From Alphaproteobacteria bacterium (lineage in GTDB: Bacteria; Pseudomonadota; Alphaproteobacteria; Rs-D84): a stretch of 64,000 nucleotides of DNA. Shown piece by piece: positions 45,737 through 55,400 of the stretch (its first letter is position 1; every line of letters begins with the position of its first letter). Below the pieces are notes generated by a model, which did no database searches, was not told where the DNA came from, and worked only from the letters and a program-made list of their open reading frames with translations. Made by a program: the position numbers and the translations under genes. The stretch is from NCBI GenBank assembly GCA_024402765.1, contig JAKSTC010000002.1, forward strand, positions 34,037-98,036, read 5' to 3'.

Positions 45737-46582
45737 ATGAAACGGTTGTTTTTAATTTTATGTTTAATGACGATATGTAAAATATCATACGCTGATATTG
45801 CATCAGTGGGCTATGTGGATAGTGTTGCTGCGACCAAGCAAGACACGATAACCGATATTGCAACGATTCGTTCTGGTGCGGCGGCGGGCGCAACGGCGGT
45901 TCAACCATCATCATTATCAACGGTCGCAACCAGTGGTTCGTATAATGATTTATCAAACAAACCGACGATACCCACCGTTCCGACGACCATAAGTTCATTT
46001 ACGAACGATAGTGGCTACATAACGAACAGTTACCACGATTCAACGAAACAGGATAAACTACCAAATGTGCCCGGTAACAATGGAAAGTATAAACTGGTAT
46101 GGAATAATAATACTGGACAATTGGGATGGGAACTTGAACAATTTTCACTAACCTGTTCCAGTGGTACATACGACATCGGCTTTAGTCAGTGCATAGATCC
46201 CGCAACGAATGGTTCGGAATATGGCTTTATGAATGATAGCACTGGTGATAGGGGTCCAAACAGTAGTAATACTGACACCTATGGCCTAACGACAGACCAA
46301 ACCTGGGGTGTGACATTTAGTTATGGCATAGTAAAGGGCATAGCATCATGTAATGGCACACCTGGTACATATGCACAATCTACGAACCAAAACTTTAACC
46401 AAACAGATAAGGGACAGTATTGCTGGTGTAAAATGACGTTTCCGGCTGTGTCGCGTTGGGTGTTCTACAACGACCTCGGCGATGCGGCCAATTGCGCGGG
46501 CGGTTGTGCGTACTCCTGCGGGGGCTACGTTCAGAACGGCTCGTACTTTCGTACTAGCGTCTTTTCGTCCGTCGGGCAATAA
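45737..46582 (+). CDS. Secreted protein: tail-fibre-like N-terminal half plus a C-terminal DGR-target-type variable module (orphan VR-like)
   Basis: Signal peptide MKRLFLILCLM. SGSYNDLSNKPTIPT-type repeat. C-terminus QYCWCKMTFPAVSRWVF...FRTSVFSSVGQ is homologous to the VR-bearing protein at 59417..59845. The last about 136 nt (46441-46576) are GC-rich. Confidence 0.7.
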   Translation: MKRLFLILCLMTICKISYADIASVGYVDSVAATKQDTITDIATIRSGAAAGATAVQPSSLSTVATSGSYNDLSNKPTIPTVPTTISSFTNDSGYITNSYHDSTKQDKLPNVPGNNGKYKLVWNNNTGQLGWELEQFSLTCSSGTYDIGFSQCIDPATNGSEYGFMNDSTGDRGPNSSNTDTYGLTTDQTWGVTFSYGIVKGIASCNGTPGTYAQSTNQNFNQTDKGQYCWCKMTFPAVSRWVFYNDLGDAANCAGGCAYSCGGYVQNGSYFRTSVFSSVGQ

Positions 46583-46611
46583 TACTATTGTTTCCCTGTG
46601 TCGCGCGTTTC

Positions 46612-46756
46612 GTTTTCTTGCACTTACTCCCCTTTGTCATTGCGAGCGCAGCGAAGCAATCCAGTCATAATAATGTATAAAAACATATTCACTGGATTGC
46701 CACGGTCACTATCGTTCCCTCGCAATGACAAAAGAGACTAAGAACAACAGAACACG
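46612..46756. repeat. Palindromic MITE/REP-like element
   Basis: Left arm cttactcccctttgtcattgcgag pairs with right arm ctcgcaatgacaaaagagactaag. Inner hairpin gcaatccagt...actggattgc. Its module cttactc(t/c)c(t/c)tttgtcat also occurs in the repeats at 58091 and 62411. Confidence 0.8.
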
Positions 46757-46828
46757 GCAATAAAACTATCGGTTGAAAATGCGTTCGTTTTTGTATAAAA
46801 TGGCTTTGATATAGAAAAAGAGAAAAAT

Positions 46829-48046
46829 ATGCAAAACGAATTATTGCGAGAGTTAGAAGCCCGTGGCTTTATTAATCAATTTTCAAATATGGATGCGTTA
46901 AACGATGCGTTGAATAATGGTAAAATTACCGCCTATATCGGCAGTGATCCAACCGCAGATTCCCTGCACGTTGGACATTTGGTGCCGGTTATGATGATGC
47001 GTTGGTTCCAAAAGTTTGGACATCGACCATTGATGTTGGTGGGTGGTGCAACGGGGCGTATTGGTGACCCATCGGGGCGTGATACGGGACGTCCAATGAT
47101 GACCGAAGAAGTTCTGCAAAAAAATATCGCGGGTCTTAAACGTTCTTACCAGAAATTTATTCGTTTTGATGATTCTGAATCTGGTGGTGTATTGGTTGAT
47201 AACTATGATTGGATGAAAAATTATTCGCACCTTGATTTCCTGGCGCAATTTGGAACTGATTTTACTGTGCCACATATGTTGTCGATGGAAAGTGTGAAAA
47301 AACGTCTGGAAAATGGTATGACTTTCTTGGAATTTAATTACATGACTTTCCAGGCGGTTGACTTTTTGACATTGTATAAAAAATACAATTGTGTGTTGCA
47401 ACTGTGTGGCGCGGATCAATGGGGAAATGCTGTTATGGGAATTGAATTAATTCGTAAAAAATGTGGACGTGAAGTCTTTGTTTTGTCCACCGCAATAATT
47501 ACTGATTCAAACGGTAACAAAATTGGAAAATCTGCGGGTAATGCAATATGGGTTAACGAAGATAAAACCAGCCCGTACGAATACTATCAATATTTCCGCA
47601 ATACGCCCGATGATTTGGTAGAAAAGTTTTTGAAATTGTTTACTGAAATTCCGTTGGACGAAATCGCAAAGTTATCTGTGCTTCAGGGTGCGGAATTAAA
47701 TATTGCAAAACAACGGCTTGCATTTGCTGCAACGGAGATTGCACATGGAACGGCGGCGGCACGCGATGCTGAAAATGCGGCGATGGCGCTGTTCGGTGGC
47801 GCGGGGGCAATTGATAATGCACCCCAGACCCAAATTCAAATGGACGAAGATATGAAAATTGTCGATTTCTTGACCCATATTGGTTTGTTTGAATCAAAGT
47901 CCGAAGCACGCAGAAATGTAGAGCAGGGCGGAATTCAAATTGACGGTAATAAAATTACAGATGTTCAATATGTTGTAAAAATTGCCGATGAATTTATGGT
48001 ACAAAAGGGTAAAAAAGTGTTCTTGCGCGTGGTTGTGAAAAAATAA
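46829..48046 (+). CDS. tyrS: Tyrosine--tRNA ligase
   Basis: HVGH (HIGH) motif, KIGKS (KMSKS-like) motif, C-terminal S4-like domain. Confidence 0.95.
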   Translation: MQNELLRELEARGFINQFSNMDALNDALNNGKITAYIGSDPTADSLHVGHLVPVMMMRWFQKFGHRPLMLVGGATGRIGDPSGRDTGRPMMTEEVLQKNIAGLKRSYQKFIRFDDSESGGVLVDNYDWMKNYSHLDFLAQFGTDFTVPHMLSMESVKKRLENGMTFLEFNYMTFQAVDFLTLYKKYNCVLQLCGADQWGNAVMGIELIRKKCGREVFVLSTAIITDSNGNKIGKSAGNAIWVNEDKTSPYEYYQYFRNTPDDLVEKFLKLFTEIPLDEIAKLSVLQGAELNIAKQRLAFAATEIAHGTAAARDAENAAMALFGGAGAIDNAPQTQIQMDEDMKIVDFLTHIGLFESKSEARRNVEQGGIQIDGNKITDVQYVVKIADEFMVQKGKKVFLRVVVKK

Positions 48047-49116
48047 TGAAAAAAATATGCTTGGTGCTTTTGGTCGCAATATCTGTTGCCCCAATCGCGC
48101 GGGCAGATGAATTGGCGCGTATTCAAACCGAAATTCAAAAAACCGAACAGCAAAATAAAAAGTTGGAAGAACAGGTTAAAACATCGGATAAAGATATTGC
48201 CAAAACAAAAAAACAACTGATTAAAGCCGCAGACCAGGTTTCAGTATTAGAGGAACAACGTGGAATTATTTCACGCAAAATTTCTGATTTGGATAAAGAT
48301 ATAAGCAAGTTGTCGTATGAACTAGAAACGAATCGGGGGCATATTGTGGATGCCGCAACATCTGTTGCTTTTGTAGCATCACACCCCAGTTTCGATTCGT
48401 CTGATATGCATAATTATGTTTTGATGTCGGCTGTTATGTCAGGTATGGCAAATAATTTAGACAAGGAAATAAAAATTGCATCTGAAAAATTAGAAAAGTT
48501 GGAAAAATTACGTGGGAATCGTTCAATCGAAAAAGAAAAATTAGATCGCAGTGCAAAAAAATACGAGTCTGAAAAAAAAGAGTTGGACAAGTTGTTAAAA
48601 ACACGTTCTGCACAAAATCAAAAATTAAAGTCTGAACAAAGTGCATTACAGAAAAAGTTGCGTGATTTGTCTGTGCGTGCGAAAACAATTTCTGAATTGT
48701 CTGCGGGTGTTGGCAGTTCGGAAATGTCCGCTGATGCGCGTTTTTCACGACGTAAATTAAACCCACCGGTTAAGGGGCGGGTGGTCGTGCGATTCGGTGA
48801 AAAGACAGCGTTGGGTTTAAAGTCTGACGGTTGGCGAATCCATACGCGTGGTGATGCATTGGTTACTGCACCAGCTGATGGTGTTGTTAAGTTTGCCGAT
48901 GTCTTTAAGGGTTTTGGTCGTGTGATAATTATGTCACATAAAAATGGTTATAATACAGTTATGACAAACCTGGGTGATATTGATGTTATGGTTGAACAAG
49001 AGGTTTTAGCAGGCGAACCTGTTGGACGTATGAATCCTGATAAATCTGAAATGTATTTGGAAGTACGGCGTGGAAACAAAGTTGTTAATCCAGAATTTTT
49101 ATTCAAAGAAGAATAA
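48046..49116 (+). CDS. EnvC-like murein hydrolase activator (coiled coil plus a degenerate LytM/M23 domain)
   Basis: Signal peptide and a long coiled coil. The C-terminal M23 fold (GVVKFADVFKGFGRVIIMSHKNGYNTVMTNLG) lacks the second His motif. Confidence 0.75.
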   Translation: MKKICLVLLVAISVAPIARADELARIQTEIQKTEQQNKKLEEQVKTSDKDIAKTKKQLIKAADQVSVLEEQRGIISRKISDLDKDISKLSYELETNRGHIVDAATSVAFVASHPSFDSSDMHNYVLMSAVMSGMANNLDKEIKIASEKLEKLEKLRGNRSIEKEKLDRSAKKYESEKKELDKLLKTRSAQNQKLKSEQSALQKKLRDLSVRAKTISELSAGVGSSEMSADARFSRRKLNPPVKGRVVVRFGEKTALGLKSDGWRIHTRGDALVTAPADGVVKFADVFKGFGRVIIMSHKNGYNTVMTNLGDIDVMVEQEVLAGEPVGRMNPDKSEMYLEVRRGNKVVNPEFLFKEE

Positions 49117-50043
49117 TTATTTTAACATTTTTCTTTGTAAATTCTGAAAGTTAATCAGTTGTTCGCGCATAAATGTAACTTTGCATTCGTTGTTATTGAT
49201 GCTTTTTTCATCTTTGGGATGAATGCGTAAGTCATCTGCTGCTTTGATAAAACGTTTAAGCCAGATGACCATTATACGATACATCATAATTTCGCGTAAT
49301 TTATCGTTCTTGATACTCGGCATGGAATATGTTTGTTTGTTATGTAGTTTTGTATAAACTTCATAGACTTGTTTGCAAATGTCTAATTCAACCTGCAGTG
49401 ATGCGAAAATGTCGCGGTAAACGAATCGATAGTTTGCTTCTGCAAAATCAATAAATGATAATTTGCTGGTGTTTGGATCGTATAAAACATTGCCGGGGTT
49501 TAAATCACAATGGCACCATGCGGGAAAAGTTTGATATTCAAATGTTCCGATTTTATCGGCAAGTTTATCCATCTGGCGAACTTCGTTTTTATTGAAAAAT
49601 TTTGGCATTTTGGTGTCAATAAACCGGTTAAGGCGATTGAATTTTAATTCTTCTGCTATTTTATGTGATATTGTGTCACCAACAGGTTTTAGTTCGTTCA
49701 TATCAACCAAAAATGCACCAATGCTGTTTATAATTTCATATTGTTGGCGACGTGATAAGCATCGATATAAATCACGTGTTAATGGAAAACCTAATGCGCG
49801 TTCTTCAAGAATTTGAAATTCATCATCATTAATAAAAACCATTTTTGGAACATTATATGTAGGGTTTTGAACATCACGAATTAGATTAATTGCTTCCTGG
49901 GTTTTGTGTTGTTTCGCCAGCCATGCATTTTTTGCTTCGTCACCCATATTTGGTAGAGGACGTTTTAATACATATCCATCACCGTAATACACAGCATATG
50001 TTTCGCGACCATGATTAAGATTTCTTATTTTTACTTTTTCCAT
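49117..50043 (-). CDS. Aminoglycoside/choline-kinase-like phosphotransferase (APH fold)
   Basis: Catalytic loop CHCDLNPGNVLYD (HxDxxxxN) and FIDFAEA (DFG-equivalent). Confidence 0.7.
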   Translation of the reverse strand: MEKVKIRNLNHGRETYAVYYGDGYVLKRPLPNMGDEAKNAWLAKQHKTQEAINLIRDVQNPTYNVPKMVFINDDEFQILEERALGFPLTRDLYRCLSRRQQYEIINSIGAFLVDMNELKPVGDTISHKIAEELKFNRLNRFIDTKMPKFFNKNEVRQMDKLADKIGTFEYQTFPAWCHCDLNPGNVLYDPNTSKLSFIDFAEANYRFVYRDIFASLQVELDICKQVYEVYTKLHNKQTYSMPSIKNDKLREIMMYRIMVIWLKRFIKAADDLRIHPKDEKSINNNECKVTFMREQLINFQNLQRKMLK

Positions 50044-50045
50044 CT

Positions 50046-50789
50046 TTACATCATCTTTGACTTTTTTAATAAGTTAATGATTTTTCTTTGGGTGCGTACC
50101 ATACATGATGTCATATACTCGTGATATGCTTTGCGGTTGCCGTTCATACATGCGGCAATTGCATCTTTGTAATTTTTTTTGTCTGCAGCATCGTTGAATA
50201 TTATTGGTCTGAATCCATTTTGTATTAATACCCAATTCATAACCATACGCGCGGTGCGTTTGTTAAAATCTTCAAATGGTTGCAGGGCAATTAATTCATA
50301 ATGAATATCAAAGGCTTTGTTCAATGGGGCTTTGGTGCTGTTGTATAAATCAAAAATAATTTTATTCATTCTGGATGGAATTTCATACGCTTCTGGTGCG
50401 TGATAATATTCGCCATTAACTGTGATTTCCACAACTTTAGAAGAATTTCTGTAATGTCCACCAACATAACTAAGGTGTGTCCCATTGCACAACATGCTGT
50501 GGATTTTGCAAATAGAATAAGAATCGATTATGTCTTTTGGATTGTTGACAATGTAATCATAAGTATCGCCCAGGTTTTTAGTGCAGGTAAAATCTAACAC
50601 ATTTCTCTGGCTTGTTTTTGGCAAATAAAACAAAGTAGTCGGTTCTGAATACGAAATTTCATGCCGTATCCAATTCAAATTATTAAGACATGTAACAGAA
50701 CCGACATTCTGCATTAGGGTGTCGATTTCTGTTTTGTTCACAAAAATTTGTTGCTTATAAGCAAAAACTTTTTTTGATGACTTTGTCAT
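50046..50789 (-). CDS. Fic/Doc-fold protein with a degenerate active-site motif
   Basis: LQPFEDFNKRTARMVMNWVL aligns to the Fic/Doc motif HxFx(D/E)GN(G/K)R, but His is Gln and the first Gly is Phe. Its stop is 2 nt from the kinase start. Confidence 0.6.
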   Translation of the reverse strand: MTKSSKKVFAYKQQIFVNKTEIDTLMQNVGSVTCLNNLNWIRHEISYSEPTTLFYLPKTSQRNVLDFTCTKNLGDTYDYIVNNPKDIIDSYSICKIHSMLCNGTHLSYVGGHYRNSSKVVEITVNGEYYHAPEAYEIPSRMNKIIFDLYNSTKAPLNKAFDIHYELIALQPFEDFNKRTARMVMNWVLIQNGFRPIIFNDAADKKNYKDAIAACMNGNRKAYHEYMTSCMVRTQRKIINLLKKSKMM

Positions 50790-50926
50790 ATTTTGTCCTT
50801 AATTATGATTATTGTAGCCTAAAAATATAATTTGTCAACAATTTAGGTTGTTTTTTTATAAAATGCTGTTGCATACGGCTATTTTTTGCTGTAATTTGTG
50901 CTATAGATTAGTCAAAGGATTTAATA

Positions 50927-52279
50927 ATGTTAAAAAAAATTGCTGTTTTCTTGATGTTGTTTTCTGTGCCGATGGTGGTTTTTGGGGCAAATAAGAATAA
51001 AAAAGAAGAACCAGTTGTTCATCTTACAGATGAAGAAATATACGCAGAATTAAAGAAATTTGCGCTGGTTTTTGAAACTGCACGCGATAATTTTGTCGAA
51101 GAAGCAGATGAAAAAAAGATGTTAGAGGCGGCAATGAACGCGATGCTTGGTGAATTGGACCCGCATTCTTCGTATTTGAACAAGGATGATTTCAAAGATT
51201 TTAATGATAAAAGTCAGGGCGAATTTGGGGGATTAGGTATTCAGATAACCAGTGATAGGGGGGCTGTGCGTGTTATTTCACCAATTGATGATACACCCGC
51301 ACAACGCGCAGGAATTAAGGCGGGTGATTATATTATCCGTATTGATGACGAACAGGTGTTTGATTTGACCCTGAATCAAGCCGTTAAGAAAATGAAAGGG
51401 AAACCGGGAACTAAGGTTAAATTGACAATTTTGTCCGAAGATGGTGAACCACGAACACTTACATTAAAACGTGACATTATAAAGGTTAAATCTGTTAAGT
51501 TCGAAGAAAAACGCCTTGCTGATGCGGACGAAGATTCGCCTTTGATTGGTTATATCAGAATTTCTGATTTTGGTGCAACAACATCCAAAGAATTAAAAGA
51601 AGCAATTACGAAATTAGAAAAGAAAAAAGTTATCGGATATGTTTTGGATGTTCGTAATAATCCAGGCGGTTATTTGACAGCAGCAATTGATGTATCAGAT
51701 GCCTTTTTGGATTCGGGCGACATCGTGTCAACGCGCGGTAAAAATGATGTCGATATAGATAAATCTGTGGCGACCCCGGGTGATATGACAAATGGCAAAC
51801 CAATTGTCGTGTTGATTAATCATGGGTCTGCATCGGCATCTGAAATTGTTGCGGGTGCGTTACAGGATAATGGGCGTGCATTGGTTATGGGATCGCAAAG
51901 TTTTGGCAAGGGCAGTGTGCAACAGCAAAAACCTTTGGGTGATGGAACCGCTATTCATATTACAATTGCGCGTTATTATACCCCTAGTGGTAAATCTATA
52001 CAAAATGAGGGTATTACACCTGATGTAGAAGTTTTACAGAGTAAGTTAGAAGTCATAGAAAAACGTAATAGTGATTATTCAGAGGCGTCGTTCAAGAATT
52101 CTTTGAAAAATGATAAGGCTAAAAAGAAAGGTATGAAAAAATCTGATGACGAAGAAGATAAAGAATTAACAGATGAAGAAAAAGATGCGCAAGATTATCA
52201 ATTACAACGCGGTATGGATATGGTAATTGCGTTGTCAAAATTGCAAGAACGCGCAAAATCATCTGAAGTCAAAGAATAA
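50927..52279 (+). CDS. ctpA: Carboxy-terminal processing protease (S41)
   Basis: PDZ domain (GLGIQITSD...GIKAGDYI), S41 core (RNNPGGYL, GSASASEI, GSQSFGKGSVQ). Confidence 0.9.
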   Translation: MLKKIAVFLMLFSVPMVVFGANKNKKEEPVVHLTDEEIYAELKKFALVFETARDNFVEEADEKKMLEAAMNAMLGELDPHSSYLNKDDFKDFNDKSQGEFGGLGIQITSDRGAVRVISPIDDTPAQRAGIKAGDYIIRIDDEQVFDLTLNQAVKKMKGKPGTKVKLTILSEDGEPRTLTLKRDIIKVKSVKFEEKRLADADEDSPLIGYIRISDFGATTSKELKEAITKLEKKKVIGYVLDVRNNPGGYLTAAIDVSDAFLDSGDIVSTRGKNDVDIDKSVATPGDMTNGKPIVVLINHGSASASEIVAGALQDNGRALVMGSQSFGKGSVQQQKPLGDGTAIHITIARYYTPSGKSIQNEGITPDVEVLQSKLEVIEKRNSDYSEASFKNSLKNDKAKKKGMKKSDDEEDKELTDEEKDAQDYQLQRGMDMVIALSKLQERAKSSEVKE

Positions 52280-52401
52280 AACATGGAGTAAGTGCCACCA
52301 TGTCATAGGGGGTGGTAATTTGTTAAGTTCCATTTAATTCTTGTTTTATTTCTGTAAAGTAGCTAATATTGTTGTGGCATTTTATAAGGTAAGGCTTTAG
52401 T

Positions 52402-55400
52402 ATGGCGAGTTTAATTGTTGATGGAAATTGGGCTGCGGCTGATGTTGCGTATCGGTGTGTGGATTTTGCCGCAATTTATCCAATCACCCCCAGCAGTACC
52501 ATGGGGGAACTCGCAGATTCGTGGGCGTTTCAGCATAAAAAGAATATTTGGGGCGCAATTCCAAAAATAATTGAATTACAATCCGAAGGTGGCGCATCGG
52601 GTGCGTTACATGGTGCACTGCAAATGGGGGCGTTCGCGACAACATTTACCGCGTCCCAGGGGTTGCTGTTAATGATTCCGAATATGTATAAAATTGCAGG
52701 GGAACAAACACCGTTTGTTATGCATGTTGCGGCGCGCGCTTTGGCAACACATGCGTTATCTATTTTTGGTGACCATAGTGATGTTATGTCTGTGCGGGGC
52801 GTGGGTTTTGCAATGCTTTCTTCGCACAATGTGCAACAGGCGCATGATATGGCGGCAATTGCGCATGCGGCAACTTTGCGCGCACGTGTTCCATTTTTGC
52901 ATTTCTTTGATGGTTTCAGAACTAGCCACGAAGAATCGCGTTTAACCCGAATCGATGATGATGTATTACAGGCATTACTGCCGTCTGATTTAGTGTTGGC
53001 GGCGCGCGGACGTGCAATGTCGCCTGAACACCCAATGATTCGCGGAACTGCACAAAATCCTGATGTGTATTTTCAGGGACGCGAAGCGGCAAATCCATTG
53101 TATTCTGCAACGCCAGATGTTGTTCAATCTGTGATGGATGAATTCGCAAAACTTACTGGGCGAAAATACGGTCTGGTTGAATATGTCGGTGATAAAAAGG
53201 CAAAATATGTCATTGTCGCGATGGGCAGTGCGTGCGAAACAATTGAAGAAACACTTGATTATTTGCCATCTGGATTGGGGTTAATAAAAATTCATCTATA
53301 TCGTCCTTTCCCACAAAAGGCATTTTTGAAAGTATTACCAAAATCTGTGGAACAAATTGCGGTATTGGATAGGACCAAGGAACCGGGCAGTATCGGCGAA
53401 CCATTGTATCAGGATGTCAAGGCAACTGTTGATTGTGGCATTGCTGTATTCGGTGGTCGTTATGGTTTGGGTAGCAAGGAATTTACCCCACGCGATGTTA
53501 AGGCGATATTTGAAGCAATGATGCGCAATAATTTGCATCATAACTTTACGGTCGGAATTGATGACGATTTATCAAAATTGTCGCTGCCAACAGATAAGGC
53601 ATTTTCTATTGAAAACAAGGATGTTAAGACCGCGATTTTATATGGTATCGGTTCGGATGGAACGGTTGGCGCGGTAAAGAATATTGTTAAAATTGTCGGG
53701 GAAAATTCTGACCTGTATCCACAATCTTATGCGGTTTATGATTCTAAGAAATCTGGTGGTCTGACCGCGTCGCACATACGTTTTTCAGAACATCCGATTA
53801 AAAGTGAATACTTGGTTGAAAGTGCTGATTTCATAAGTGTTTCCAATTTTATGATTGCGCAACGATTTGATGTGTTTTCTGCATTGCGGCCGAACGGAAC
53901 GGTTATGATAAATACATCAATGGCACCGGATGTTGCATTTGCGAATTTACCGCGCGGGGTCCAAGAACATCTGATGCGGAGTCGTGCAAATGTATATTTT
54001 TTGGATGCGAATAGTGCCGCCCAGAGTTTGGGTTTGGGCAATCGTATCAACACATTTATTATGTTGAATTTCTTTAATTTAACAAAGGTTATTGACCCGA
54101 CTGTTGCGGCGCAAAGTGCCAAGGATGCCATTGAAAAAACATATCGTAAAAAGGGTATGGATGTGGTCCAGGCGAATTGGCGTGCGGTTGATATGGCGGG
54201 GAATTATCTGAAAAAATATACTTTACCATCATCGGTTTCTAGTTTTGCGCCTGACTTTACGCCGGCAATGACAAATGATGCGCCTGCGGAAATTGCAGGG
54301 ACATTGGGCGAAATGGCGGCGGGTCGTGGCGATGATATTCCTGTGTCGCGGTTCAGGGTTGATGGCGCGTTTGGTGCGGGTCAATATCCCGTTGGCACCG
54401 CAAAATATGAAAAACGCGGCATTTCTGAAATGGTTGCGCATTGTGATTTAGAAAAGTGTATTCAATGTGGTAAGTGTTCTATGTTGTGTCCACATGCGAC
54501 GATTCGTATCCGAGCAATGAATAAGGATGAGGCAGACAAAGCGCGAAGCGCAGGTGTAATAGTTGTGCCGATGAAAACGCCAGAATTGGGACCTGATATG
54601 TATTACACTTTGACCATATCGCCGGCTGATTGTACGGGGTGTGGTGTGTGTGTAAAAAATTGTCCGGTGCATGCGTTGGCGATGGTAAATAAAAATGACA
54701 TTCCTGATGCACAAAAGGAATTTGATGCGGCGTTACAAATACCTGATATTCCGCGTGAAAAATTGAATCTAAATATTCCAAAGCATATTGAATTGTTACC
54801 ACATTACTTTGAATTTCCTGGTGCGTGTGCGGGCTGTGGTGAAACGCCGTATATTAAGTTATTGTCGCATTTGTTTGGGGATCGTATGATTGTTGCAAAT
54901 GCAACGGGGTGTTCATCGATTTATGGTGCGAATTTACCAACAACACCATGGACAACCGACAACGATGGTCGTGGTCCTGCGTGGTCAAACTCTTTGTTTG
55001 AAGATAACGCGGAATATGGTCTGGGGATGCGGGTTGCATTGAATCAACAGCGGGACGCACTGCGCGGAATGTTGTATGAATTAAATATCCCAGATGTAGA
55101 AAATATATTTAATGCTAAATCTGTATCTGAACAGCGTCAAATAAAAGATGATTTGATTAAGCAATTAAGTGAGAGTAAAGAAAGTCGGGCGGCAACTGCG
55201 ATTGCGATGTTGGATGCGATTGTTGATAAGTCTGTGTGGATAATTGGTGGCGATGGTTGGGCATACGATATTGGATATGGTGGTTTAGATCATGTTTTGC
55301 ATAGTGGTGAAAATGTGAACATTTTGGTTCTGGATACAGAGGGGTATTCGAACACTGGTGGTCAGCAATCTAAATCAACACCATTTGGGGCAAGTATGAA

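Noticed and set aside
46441-46576. The VR-like end of 45737..46582 as a second cognate VR of the 60106-60241 TR
   Set aside because: Many mismatches fall at TR C, G or T positions, which is incompatible with adenine-specific mutagenesis from this TR.
46482-46670. 62-aa ORF ending ..LCHCERSEAIQS, and similar ORFs at 62302..62661 and 62415..62612
   Set aside because: They read through palindromic repeat elements, and such repeat-derived peptides are typical annotation artefacts.
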